Part shown: piece after piece, positions 1 to 12,850 of the stretch | Position numbering within the stretch: the first letter of the stretch is position 1 | Layout of the letters: each line of letters opens with the position of its first letter | Origin: Tubulanus polymorphus | Lineage: Eukaryota; Animalia; Nemertea | Direction: 5' to 3' | Length of the DNA stretch: 64,000 nt | Assembly: GCF_964204645.1 (NCBI RefSeq) | Contig: NC_134030.1 | Span: forward strand, 8,599,122 to 8,663,121 | Translations under genes and position numbers: made by a program | The notes under the pieces: generated by a model | What the model was told of the DNA's origin: nothing | Databases searched by the model: none | What the model saw: the letters and a program-made list of their open reading frames with translations, nothing else

Positions 1-1372
1 TATCATTCCACCAAACGATCCCAGACATAAACCGTGGACATAGTAAAATCTATCGCTATCAAAGAGAATTTAGAATTTAGTAGGATTACAAGCCTGTTCA
101 ACCTATTCTCGAGAGTCGCTTCAGCATCTCCGATAATAATGCCTAATAACGGAACTCAATAAAAATCGTGGCTTAAGCGAAAAATGTTCTAACTAACGTG
201 CATGAAGAACAACGCATTCAAAATTCCACTTCGTTTGTATTGCCCTTTTAGTAATTCATTTGTAACCAATCGTGATTTCATTTACCACTCGTTCAGATCG
301 AACTGAATTTTGTATTGTTTTTCATTTCAAAATTCAAACTCTACCTAGTTGGTTTCTAAGCACGTATTCATGTATTTCTGGTCAGTTCGTGAAATTTCAC
401 AATATAACATACCGTTTACTTAGATACCTGCGCACCACTGTGTGTTTCATTTTCTATTTTACAATTTGGAACGTTTAACAGAAACGAATTTCACTAAGTT
501 GATGTGATCCACGGCTTTCTAAAAAAAATATGTCGCACAGCGTCACCAAGAAAAGAGCACCTGCAAACTAAAAATGAATCATAATCATAAAGTCACGTAC
601 CGTTTCTAAGATGCTTGAAGATACTTGTTAGAATTTCAAAAAGTTAAAGTCATATCAAAAGTAATATTCATTTTAGAATTAAAGGATAGATTCACGGTGG
701 GTTTCTTGATGTGGGTCTACTGCAAAAGAATTCAATTCCTTTGAATGGAGCAATGCTTTTATGCATTTTCATGACAGTCTTGACTTCAGCGACAGTTACT
801 TCCGGTGTGTTTTTCGTCGATTTCATCTTGCGATGTTCATCTTTTTGTTCATTCCACTTTCGTGCGCTCGAAAATGTTCATACGCTATTACAGACAATTC
901 GTTGAAGGACTTCAATGCATTGGGGATCTCTAAACCACGTTCCATGTAAAGCTATTCTAGATATCTCAAGTAGGATACTTAAGTAAACGTACCTGGCTAC
1001 GCAGTGTGTTTGTCCTAATGCGTACACCGAAAATTATGCTTGAAAAAGATTGTTTTCTTTAATCCAAAACTTTTGTCAGTCGACTTTTAGAATAACATTC
1101 GTAACCAGTAGGCGGATAGTACATATTCAAAAACAAGACAAAATCTCTGTGGCGTAAGGTTGTATTGGGTTTGATATCGCGTATCGTGAAAAAGCAGCAT
1201 ATCATAATGTCGAGAATATTTAAGTCATTCGGAAGAAAGTACATTTATACGGTGCTATGTTTGTTCTGAAATACGATGTGGCGAATACCCGGAGGTGAAT
1301 GATTATAGGTTTGCAAGTATAATTAAACCAACCTAAGACTGCGAATCATTTTAAGCACTATCTCTTTTTCAG

Positions 1373-4300
1373 ATGATGCCACGACCGAGTGATGTAATGG
1401 CCATTACGGTGTGTTTAGTCATGTGCTGGTCACAGGTAGCAGCCATCCCGTACCATCGTAAGTAGAAGGCTTATCCAACAAAAAAATTACATATTTTCGT
1501 ATTGAAATAGGTCATTTTACTGGCTTCGTGCTACTAGGATGACCAAACAGCGGTTTTTGATCTTAACATAGGGACTGACCCTGTTATTAATTTGATCGGT
1601 AGATTTCGTTTAAATTTGTTTTTATTTGGTGTCCCTTACCAACCCGTCGCACCTGCTGGGAGCGAAACAGGGGATTTTATTTTGAAATCGGAAATCGAAG
1701 TACAGAATTCTTACAGAATTCTTTTGTTAAAACGAAGTACATACCGCGATATATCGCGTCAAGTCGACATGAATATGTCGATATATCGTGACGTTTTGAC
1801 GACATATTTCGTTTTCTCGACCACTTTCCTCGCGACAAGTCGACATATTCATGACGACTTGAAACTCAGTCGTCATATTACTATTGTCCTCATCTTACAT
1901 TTAGACGTGTTTTCAAATGACGGCTTGTCCCGTGGAAAATGGGCAAAAAAGGGAAATTTGTCGTGAAAACGTCACGATATGTCGACATATTCATGTCGAC
2001 TTGACGCGATATATCTCGATATATCGACATAAATATGACGACTTGTCGAGTTGGAATGCGACATCTCGAGGCCCCTTATCGCTTCCGTACGCATCTCCCC
2101 ATGTCTTATAATGCCGTACTTTCCTGCGTTATAATTCAGTAAGCCTTGCACAATTCGAATGTTTTGGGACCAAGAATAATCCTCCGAATTTGAATAAGCC
2201 GAAACTTTTCCTGAAAACTACGACTTGAGAATCACTTTCTGTAAACGGAAACATTAAATCAACATCTACAAGAAATGATATGGATAAATGAAATATTTCG
2301 CGTTGATTTTTTTATTCTGATTCTGAGTCGGAACAGGGAAGGAATCAAACTGCAATGGGCCTCCGACCTTTGGCGAGTGATTTTAACTGATTTTATTCAT
2401 TTTTGGGACCAGGAAAAGTACAACGAGATAGGCGAGTTTCCCACATATAAAATCTGACTTTGCAATATAAATTTCTTTGAAAAAGAGAAGGAAAAACCGG
2501 GACCATCACTATTCATCCGATATAAGCGATTATCCGACTTACACAACGACAGATATGAAATATAATCGTCGATGATTTTAGACAACGCATAATTCTCGTT
2601 TTCTCTCTTTATTTTAACATAGAAATGTGCGATGCTATATGTGGCGTTGGATTGCAATCATCTAAATGCGAATGCGTGCAGCATCAAAAACGAACAGGTA
2701 ATTCCACGACTCCGTAATCGCGGCGTTAACATTTTTTCTTCTTAATTTCCTCGAAAAACGACATCGCTATTTTCTAAAGAGAATGCGAAAATTACTCGTC
2801 AAATCAAGCATTCACGTCACTGCTTGCGAAGTCTGTCGTCTGAATAATTCAACGGGAATTTTTGAATTTTTTTCTTTTACTTAAATAGTCTTTGTTTCAT
2901 TAACGATGCAAAGTTTTCTTTTGCGTAACGAACCCGTTTATTTCGGTTTCAGATGAGACATGTCGAATGTTGTGTTTTCTTCGAGTAGGGGGCAATGCGT
3001 GCAGATGCAATACGGCGCCCCTTACCGGATCAGAGTCGAAGAGGAGTTACGGTTTTCCAATTGAACGCAGACAGATAGAAAAACGTGAGCAATACAATCC
3101 AACATATGAATGCAATGATCGATTTTGATCGAAATTTTCGAATATTTTCACGGCAACCATCCAACATTTAACTAAGCTTGAAATTCCGAATTGTAGAAAT
3201 AACGCCTTGCTCTTGTGTAATGAAATGAAAATAAGTGATATTAAAAATGTTTTAAATCATAATTACGTATATTCGTACTCTTCTAACAGCTATATCTTGC
3301 TAAATCTTGTTTTACGTAATCAAATCTGTGTCACTCATTTTATAAGCAACCGCATTTTCATTTCGCATTGTACAACAGGATTTGAACACTGCAGAGTGTT
3401 GTGCGCAACGGGAACCGGAGGCACAAGCTGTAGATGCAACACTTCACCTCTAGGCGGAAAACGAAGCCTCACCGAACGCGGTATGTTTTTGATTTTTAAA
3501 ATTGAAAAGATCATGTGAAACACGTAATTCTCACCCAATGGTTGAAATGAAAAGGTGAAAGTATTCACAGATTTTTTATGGTCAAAACATCCATTTACAA
3601 AAGTTGAATCACGAGAAGTTTAACACTCGCAGTGGTACTGTCAACTGCGTCAAATGAAATTGCTGTACAACATAGACGAATCCCGATGTTCTATTCATTT
3701 TGACCGTATACAAATTTTAGTCGCTCTAGAGAAAATGACAATTAAAGGGATATCACCATATCTTATAGAAACTCTTCCCGACCAGGAATATTACTATCCA
3801 CCAAAAGCGAAACTTTTCCGATTTTTCCAGGACGCGTAAGGGACATCGAGGGACAAAGTTTCAAAAATATGATTTCAAAATATTGAACATGAAAAGGACT
3901 TGGGCTTATCTGTGATCCTGTTATAGAGACACCACGTATATCAAAATTAGCCTTATATACATTTTCCATTTGACGGATTTTAGCGTCAAATCATTCCTGT
4001 GAAAAAAGCCCTTGGTTGACACATGACATTTTTATGCTTTTGTTACACCCACATTGTTAACAAGCGGAAATAAAGTATCATATGTACAATTTACAATAAC
4101 TGTGATTGTGTGATCATCTTATTAGTTTCCCTATGATATAATATGTTTCCATCTTAGCCATATTTTATTAAGCGCGTCGTCGAATATCAATTCATCACGG
4201 CCAATAGCTATTATTAACATCAGTATTCACACTCATCGCACATTCTCGAATGTCAAATCAGGAAATTTGTTTTGTCGTTCTTTAGATCTCGAGGTGTTTA

Positions 4301-4380
4301 CGTCACAAGTACCGTTGGAGAACTACCCCGCCGGACTGATCATCGAACAACTTCGCCGCCTTAAAGAATCCGACGACTGA
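1373..4380 (+). CDS. Secreted neuropeptide/toxin-like precursor, 137 aa, two 4-Cys peptides; exons 1373-1457, 2953-3084, 3379-3480, 4286-4380
   Basis: Four GT-AG exons joined by phase-1 introns give an open 414-nt frame: MMPRPSDVMAITVCLVMCWSQVAA (signal-like) IPYHHETCRMLCFLRVGGNACRCNTAPLTGSES KR SYGFPIERRQIE KR FEHCRVLCATGTGGTSCRCNTSPLG GKR SLTERDLEVFTSQVPLENYPAGLIIEQLRRLKESDD*. Dibasic cleavage sites and a G-KR amidation signal are present. Confidence 0.85.
1568..1700. repeat. Dispersed ~130-bp repeat family A, copy 1
   Basis: ATAGGGAyTGwCCCTGT...GTGTCCCT...CACCTGC..G.GAGCGAAAC recurs at ~5670-5803 and ~17241-17355. Confidence 0.8.
1748..2015. mobile_element. MITE-like foldback element in intron 1 of the peptide gene
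   Basis: 63-bp inverted arms 1748-1810 and 1953-2015 with 3 mismatches; a related fragment lies at ~7074-7150. Confidence 0.7.
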
Positions 4381-4608
4381 TCGAGATGTCGATCGTGCGA
4401 CGTAACCGACACAGCATTTATACGTACGTCCAACAGTTTTACCGAGGTGCTGGATGATGCAACGTGAAACATTCTCATTAGCCCGCTATTGTGACGCGTC
4501 TGTTAAAATGGACGTAATCATTCTTGCGTATGATTGATAATCATATTTCATTAATCGGATATACGTACGTCCGGTATATATTTTAATTTCATGAATTATA
4601 ACACGAGT

Positions 4609-4925
4609 CAAGGGCGGATCCAAGGGGGACCAGGTAGACTATGGTTCCCCCTAAATTCTTGAGGCGCCCTCAAAATTCCTAGGAAAAATTCTTTTTTTTC
4701 AGTTTATGAATAAATGTATATGAATTATTCCCTCATGACAGCCATGATAGCCTTGGAGAATACCAAAATTTCAAAATTTTCCGGGGGAAGACCCCAGACA
4801 ATCCTTCGGTGGTTTCGTGCCATCGTCGCTCGCCACGTCAGGGTACTCTTCGCGATTACTCGTGTGCTCTCCGGTACTTGCGTGCCCTGGCCCCCCACCT
4901 TCTACAAATCCTGGCTTCGCCGTCG
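4609..4925. mobile_element. GC-rich MITE-like element (CAGGGGCGGATC-type ends), degenerate copy
   Basis: Begins CAAGGGCGGATCCAAGGGGG; related copies at ~10049-10272, 20075-20369, ~32033-32223 and ~43336. Confidence 0.55.
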
Positions 4926-5669
4926 CTGTTGAAATGATAGGCTCCATATGAATGAATTCATTCCCAATTTATTTCTCAATCGTTGGTGGCATTTCTTGCG
5001 CGTTCGAAGTACCGGTGTTATATGACAGTTTCAACGAATTGTTTCGAGCTACTTAAAATACACCAAAACCAAAGTATTCACCGCAGCCAGTTGGCCAGCT
5101 AGACAAACGTGTACATCACATTAATCCGTATGATAGCATCGTGTTCAGGTTGCATCCGAAACAAAAATAAATATTTTTTCTAACCGATGGAAATTTCGTA
5201 TTGACTGGTTTTTTTAAAAGGATTAATTTGCGAGTTATTTCGAAACAGGATCCGACTCACAGAATTCACACACAACAAGCTTCTCGCCGATTGTAATTTC
5301 GATCGATTCCAGTAGTATATTGCTAGATTTCTAGGGGCGTGTAGCCAAAGTTCGTTATCATGCCATCCGTTTTCGTGCCACCGTTCTCATAACGCCACTA
5401 TTTATCAGAGAACCAATTTTTTCGATCTACCTCATATTCAATGAAAATACCATTCTTTATAACGCCAAATTCGTTATAACGCGATATTTCTTATCGGTCC
5501 CGACGATGGCATCATGAAGGACTTCTCGTAAGATTCTCATTAGTGGGCTACTGGGGCATTGCCGTTTATTGAATAACGATTTACAAAACCGTTGATCATA
5601 AATAAATCATCACACCCAGATTTGGATTATAAGTAAGATTAAATGAGAAATATTGTGTTTGATCTTTAA

Positions 5670-5803
5670 ATAGGGATTGACCCTGTCATCTATTTGTTTG
5701 GTAGATAGATTTCGTTGGATTTGTCTTGATTTAGTGTCCCTTACAAAAACCGCACCTGCCGGGAGCGAAACCGGTGGTTTGATTTTGAAATCGGATATCG
5801 ATG
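5670..5803. repeat. Dispersed repeat family A, copy 2
   Basis: Aligns by eye with 1568-1700. Confidence 0.8.
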
Positions 5804-7712
5804 AACAGATATAGTTTTTATGGCCAAGATGACTAAACATTTCATCACAAGTGTCCGTGGGTTTGTTATTCACCCCTAGTTCCAGACCAATTATACAGAT
5901 TTTCGTGTTGTCTAGAGGTTTCGGTATCGCGCAACCGGACTGAGTAGATCTAAACACAAGTTTTCCAGCTTCTTTATGTCAGATTTTGTAGGTTTTTAGC
6001 TCCGACGTTAGGCTCACTATAGTTTTGCTGGAGTCTGGATGCTGCCTCTGAATTCATCGCTGAAATGTTTCCAGTCCCACTCACTTAACAAACAAATAGA
6101 GTGTACGCATTCAAGCCCATTTATTTTGGGACATAGTTGCGTGGTCGGCGGTCGAAATTACGGAATGTTTTGTTTAAAAATTGAAATATTATACAGAATT
6201 GGAATTTCGGTTCCGGTTCATTCAAACAATTATCCAATCAGCCTGAACTAAAGTGAATGCATCGGCCGAGGATTCTACCATTACGCAATTTGAAAATCAG
6301 ATTAGCCAGAAATAAGCATGTATGAAAAGACACACGATTCTCTGCTATAAAGATACCAGAAATTTAATGTCTCCTAACATTTTTTTACCGCTGTATCGTG
6401 TAGTCGTTTTTGTCTTATATTCTGATATAACAGGTATTAGTCTGCGTATAAGTCCCGAGGCGAACAAGCATTACGGGAAAAGGGCAAGTTAGAATTTACA
6501 CCAGAAGGGAATTCAATCCACGCAACGCCGAACCTTGCGAAAGAAAATAGACAACTCACACACAAAGTTGAAATACAAGCTGGAATCGACTTGTGACGCT
6601 TCGAAAACCACATAACAAACCAACAAATACGGGTAATTTTTTCGTTCAACAAAATGTATTCAAATATCTAATGAACCGCAATTACAAAATAAATCGACCC
6701 ACGATCAGACAGAAAAATATATTTCATCATATACACATATATATCTCATATATACCGCAAGTTAAACACACAACGCATAAATTAGCACAAAATAAACCGG
6801 ACACACCCACACGCCTACACGCACGCACGCACGCACGCACCCGACTACACTTTTTTCGTTTTTCTAAACAAGAACAAAACGTGATTAAGTCTATGTCGTC
6901 GTCGTCGTATCTCTACTGAGGTTATAAATAAACACAGGCTGTTTGGTAAGGGGAACGAATTTGAAAACCAGCTGACAAACGATGAAAAATACTAAACACA
7001 CATCGGGATCTACGCCGCCAACATTTACGGTCGAAAACACCGTTATCTTCTATCAGATTAGATCAGATCTCAACAAGTCGCCATAATTATGTCGACATAT
7101 CGTGATATAACGCGTCAAGTCGACATAATCCTGCCCCTTATCGCGTCCCTAAACGTCCTTAGATCATCGATCATTTGTTTTTTATTTTCGAACCGACTCA
7201 TCAAAGGTGAAGCAGTAATTCTGAGAATTCGACAAAGTTATGAATAATCGATAACATTTACGCCGTAAGCAACGATATCTTACAGCATCCGCACGTTTGA
7301 TAGTAATTTTTTCTTCTTCCTAGTTTCGTATTTTGACCATGTAACACTTGAATCTACAAACACCGCAATTAGATTGTCGTAGTAGATTTTTGAAGCAAAC
7401 GGTGGAAGAAAACGGTCCCCGTAATTGAAAGATTTCCACCACTTTTTCTAATGCGTGGTTTTCAACACCACAAATAACGCGGCCAGAGCTTAAGTTCAGG
7501 GAATAGTTGATCAAAGGTGAAATCACTTAAACCGGTGTCTAGATGGTTGAACGGTCACAAACTCTCAATTGTTATCATAGTGGCCCAACGAGGTTGTTTA
7601 ATCGTATTAACCAGCATTTACATAAAATACCATTACAATATGTTATCACGTTGTTCAAATGCTGGTTTTAACGAAAAAACAACCTACCAACAACTGAACC
7701 TGCACGACAATA

Positions 7713-10700
7713 TTATACGAAATCATACAGATTATCTGAGTTCACTACAGTTGAATTAGGTATATTACTATGACCAGGCTTAGTGAGGTTCTTTGATTTT
7801 TTCTTTTTGCCTAGAGGTCTCTTGCGTTTTTTCGAATTGTTGCCTAAAACAAGAAACAAAAAAGCAAATAATTACAGTTATTCGGTAAAAGAAAATAATT
7901 TCACTCTGTATAACGTAATGTTTCCCTGCACACATTATAAGACCGCTTTTTCCATAAGGAAATATATTTTTAGAGCAACAGGCCTCCTGACTTTAGATTT
8001 GAAAATAAGTAAGCCTACAGTAAACTTAGCCTAACAGTGTGGGGACTGTAAATATATCACAAAGTTTAAAGGCTAAAAATATCAATACCCTGTATCTTAT
8101 CTCTGCTCTAAAGTTGACCCGCCCATCCACCTATCTACCCTATACACTTTTTTTTAAATCATGATCAAGCTAACCATATAAGACCGGGCAGTTATAGAAA
8201 TTAACTGATTACGAATTTTACTGCATTTAAAAAATGACCTGGCCAATTAGGAGAAACAAGGTATCATTTTATCTTAGCCTTACTGCATACTGAGTGAGTT
8301 GAGAATCAGGTAAATATTAAAAGTTTTTCCAATGAGTTATAGTAAAATTCACCGAGTTGACCGGTACCAAGTAAAGAGTAATCTACTTTATTAGGTTGTA
8401 TTACATGTACCAGTAGTATATTACTTACTCGAATTAGAGTCTGCTGGTGATGGATTTGAACATGCTTCCCACTGCAGAGTATCGCGTAGTGCTTGACTGT
8501 CTCCATCTTCATAAGAATCGATGTCAACATGTACTTCATCACCGGTAACTCCAGTCTCTATAATAGGACTACCAGTACTATAAATATACACAGAAAATCT
8601 AGATCGTTAATGATACTTTCGATAACAAAATGAGATAACGAAAAAGCTATGCTCATCAGGGACACAAGACATACATTTCAGGGCACCATTAGTTCATTGA
8701 TGCTCACAATGTACGATAACAATTCCCACAGAGGGTTCCCACAGATCAGTCATTCCAGAATTCAAGGATTATTTATGTAGTTTTCAAGGAGAAAATTTCA
8801 AATTTCGAGGAGTGTATGCATCACTTTCATATCCCAATTACTTTCGACTCCTCCTAAATCGATACCGTTTATCTCAGTAAACCGTTTAAATTTGATGGAA
8901 TCTGTGTGTATAGTAACTTTGCTCAAATTCAAGGATACTCAAGGACCATGAAAGATATTTGTGGTTTAAAAGGAGTTTTCAAGCAGTCGTAGGGAACCCG
9001 ACATAGCCAATACAGTCCTTGAACCTCGTTAGAAAAGGGAGGAACTCATTATGGACCATCGCACTAAGAGTGTTCATTTACTACCGACATGAAAAGGAGA
9101 TCATAAAATGTCAACATCGTGTTACCGGGAGTTTTGTATTAACGCGATCGTACTTAAGCAAAAAACATTTCAATAGGAAAATGCTATAAGAAAAGCCGGG
9201 AATTTTTATATCGTCGTATTACTGTTCGTGTTAGTTGTAAGCCAAATCGCACTAACGAGGATCGACTGACGTTCGGTGACAAAAAAATGCAGAATCGTCA
9301 TAGCAAAAACAGATAACATTTGAAAGAAACAAAATCTGTAATAACCTGTCTCCTAGTATTTCAATTCTCACAGCAGTTCTTTGATCGTCTGTATGCTGAG
9401 GACATCGATGAGATCTGGAAGAGTAGTAAATCAATTAGCTACATGTAATTTGTAAGGTAGTAATTGTCTTTACATTGTACAGCTTTTTACTATCGCATGA
9501 AGCGAATGTACCGAAGCTATAACTTACCGAGTGCACATTTTCTTTGTATGCTCAGAAATGACCCCACAAGCCTACAAAAAATGAATTTTTCAGTTACATT
9601 CTGTAAGTAGTACTTAAACCCTGGTTTGACTAAGAACATGGATAGATTTCACATGGCGTATGGATAAATCAGACAAAATTACGCTCACGAGTGATTAGAC
9701 TTTTATGCATTTGCTACTAGGTATACTGTACCTGTCGAAGATATGCTTTGCGTTCCTCTGAAAAATGAATAATGAATTGTTTTGTGAATTTTCGGTATTC
9801 TTGACTGATACAAAACTAGGATAACATGCGAAAACTATAGATAATTACCCTGCGTCATTGTCTCATAGTTAGGGGCAGAGTTTTCTTGACTACCGGTGCT
9901 TGCAACGCTTGGTATGTTGCCGTCTCTATCACCTTAAGCAAAATTTAAAAAATTCCATGAAAGATAACGAAGAACTTTCTTTTTAAAACATTCAATATTT
10001 ATTTCAAGAAGAACATTTTACAGCGATAATTCAAATGTGTCTTACAAAGGGGCGGATCTAGGTAATCTGGAAGGTAGGGGTCCAGAAGAAAAGAAAAGGA
10101 ATTTTTTCAGGTAAAGTAGTTATGTCATAGGCCACCGCAGGTATTGGATATTTTTGAAGAGATACATGAAAAAATATGCAGTTTCCGAAAGGATGAGTTT
10201 CAAATTTTTGTTTTGATGAAAAGGGACGGCAGGGGTCTGGACCTCTGACACCACCCCCTAACTCCCGCCCCTATATGACAGAAGTTTTGTATAAACTTAC
10301 CATTGTTACTACTGTTAGCTGCTTTCCTGAGAAGTTTCTTTTTGCGATCTCTTGTTCTTCTTTCTGTAAATTCATGCAATATCAAAAAGAGACTATTTTC
10401 ACTTAAATTCAAACTCAAAGGGAATCTCACAGCGGCCTGATTTAAATTTTTTGATTTGGGGGTCAGAAAATTTGTGTCGGGCTCTCGTAAGAATTATGTT
10501 TTACTCTTACCCGATGTTATTCCCATAGTTAAAGACTGTAAAAGTGCTTCTTGCCTGGAAGTGAAAATAATCATTTAATGAAGTGATGTTTTCATTTTTT
10601 TCACCAATTGATGCAGAATCTCGCAAAAATACCATGGTACTTTTTGCACAACTGGAATAACTGCATCTGACTACATACCTACGACTAGCTATACGGGAAC

Positions 10701-11988
10701 TGTTGCGTCCCATTCCCATACATTTCTCCAGATGTGGAGCAAACCGAGATGCAGCTAAATTCCTGCCGCAGTTCGGGCAAACGCATTCCAGCTGCTTTTT
10801 CATCGGAACCTGACCGAACACGTCCAAACCACGGTCTTGAATGATCGCTGTAATTCAAGAAGTTCAAAGAAACATTACTAAAAAGTTATTTCATTTCTCA
10901 GCGATGTTCACAAACTTTATGGTTTTCACTAATTATAACAAATTCTTCCTTAAAAGAATAAAGAATTTTGAGAGAGAGAGAGAGCTCTAAAAGATTCATT
11001 TACTTACCAAACTCTTTTTGACAACTGAAATCGAATAAAATAATTATGATTTAGATCTAGGTCTATGAAAAAGGTACGCACCCGTACATAGATAGAGAGA
11101 GATAGGGCAAAAACTAACCCTCTGTTAAAATAGATCCAGGGTTAGAAATTCATTCAGTAGCTTTCTTACCCTAAACCTTAGCTAAGTATAATCAATAGTA
11201 TTTAGAATACTTTTACAACATGAATTTCCTAAATCCGATTCTGCGCTTTTACACTTACTCAGGATCGGTGTTGGCTAGAAATAAAGTGCCTGCTTTAGCC
11301 GCGCGGTGAGTTTCAAAAGCCATGCCTAAACACACTTCATCAACCAATTCACTCATTACATCATTGAAAACACTCTGAAATTGAAGACAACATGAGTATG
11401 AAATCAGGCATTCTTCAAACCGCATTCAACAGTAAACTTTGAAAATCTCAATGTTAAAACCATGATTCATAATATTGCTCCAACAGTCCAGCAGTTTTCT
11501 GGTGCCCATATCTCAACATTTCGAATTACGCTTTAAATAGGCCAATTAAGGCACTTTGTCAAAAAGGGGTTGTCAAAAGTTAAGTTTGAGTAGGCCTATA
11601 ATACTTAGTGAAAGAAGTTGCGATTGTTAACTATTTTGGTAAATTCTGAAAATATGAGGCCTAGATGGCATCCTTTAACAAATCTATTTATTCTATGATA
11701 TGCTTATTCATGTGTCGAGATTCTTCTCAAATTTTGTCCCTGGCTCTCGTCATGGCATGGATATGATGGGACCCGGCCCTATAATATTAATATTAAATAC
11801 ACGTTTTATCATAATTTCAATTGTGGGTTGTACAAGGGTGACAGTTCCCTTCAGGAAAAAGCCAGCTACCTATAACCAAAAAAATTTATTAATCAGACGA
11901 GTACCTGAACTTCAGGAGATTCCTCGCCCAAAACTTCGTGGACCACAGGGTCGAGTAGGGTACTACCACCACCACCGTTTTCTTCCAT
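7713..11988 (-). CDS. ATXN7L3: Ataxin-7-like protein 3 / SAGA deubiquitinase-module subunit SGF11, ~331 aa; exons 11988-11905, 11374-11259, 11024-11008, 10847-10679, 10554-10511, 10363-10301, 9932-9849, 9757-9732, 9571-9528, 9414-9346, 8577-8429, 7843-7713
   Basis: Sgf11 zinc finger [37 protein letters not shown]; SCA7 finger [21 protein letters not shown]; C-terminal [13 protein letters not shown]...LQW motif. All junctions are GT-AG and phase-consistent (996 nt). Confidence 0.93.
8733..8999. mobile_element. MITE-like element family B (GGGTTCCC...GGGAACCC ends)
   Basis: Short terminal inverted repeats; inverted partial copy at ~44757-44898 and diverged copies at ~30651-30780 and ~33511-33620, all intronic. 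Confidence 0.7.
9013..9268. mobile_element. Tc1/mariner/pogo-type MITE relic
   Basis: Ends CAGTC..GAACCTCGTTAG and CTAACGAGGATCGACTG are imperfect inverted repeats; TA precedes the left end. Confidence 0.5.
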
Positions 11989-12600
11989 TTCTGATTAAAA
12001 CCTGGGACAGCAGAAGCATATAGCGACGATACCCATACAGGAAGATCCCTCGAGTCTCGTGTACTGTGAAGTCTTACGCGAATTCAGACACGCACCGGTT
12101 CCGAAATCACATTATTTGCATTGTTTGGGAGAAAATCATAAGAAACCATGAACCAGGAAGTAAATATGTAAGTGTAGGTGGCGGCACTTTACGGTATGGT
12201 GTTTCTGATTGCTCAAACTCGTCGGCATTCCTCGAACGAAGCCGTGTCAGGGCCGCATGAGATTTTAGCTTTTCAGGCTTGGGAATAACCCGAAATATGT
12301 CCCCACGGTTTCAAAACGAGCTAGAATCCCATTGTCTGCACACGTTTTAAGACTGCGAGTCCTGATTGCGGTATGTTTGGCGGCAGCCGGGTGGCTCCAA
12401 AACAATGGGGCCGCTCGGCGCCAAAATTAAAATACCTGCCCGCAGGGAACTTCGGTTCGGGTGTCAGTCCATGGCCCGTCCAACGTATAGATAAATATAG
12501 GATTGAAAACAAAAGCATAAAAAGTTACAACCAGCTTTTATGCGCGTTCCGTTGATCGCTGTTTTTTTTCAAACCACAAATTTCTTTAATAAGTTCATAC

Positions 12601-12850
12601 ATTGACCATCACTGACCAGGCACTGACCATTTCAAACTTCTCGAACATGAGAACGATATACCGCGTTTACTGTCAGACTAAAATGATTCACCATTGCAAA
12701 TTTATGAATTGACCATCACTGACCACCACTGACCAATTCAAACTTCTCCAACATGAGGACGATACTACCGCGTTTAGTGTCAGACTAAAAAGGATTCACC
12801 ATTGTAAATTCATAAATCGACCACACTGACCAATTCAAACTTCTCGAACT
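12601..12850. repeat. Tandem repeat, ~108-bp unit, ~2.3 copies
   Basis: ATTGACCATCACTGACC...TTCAAACTTCTC...GTCAGACTAAAA...ATTCACCATTG repeated head to tail. Confidence 0.8.

Noticed and set aside
12601-12850. Repeat-spacer (CRISPR-like) appearance
   Set aside because: Whole units are duplicated with no unique spacers; eukaryotic context, no cas genes.
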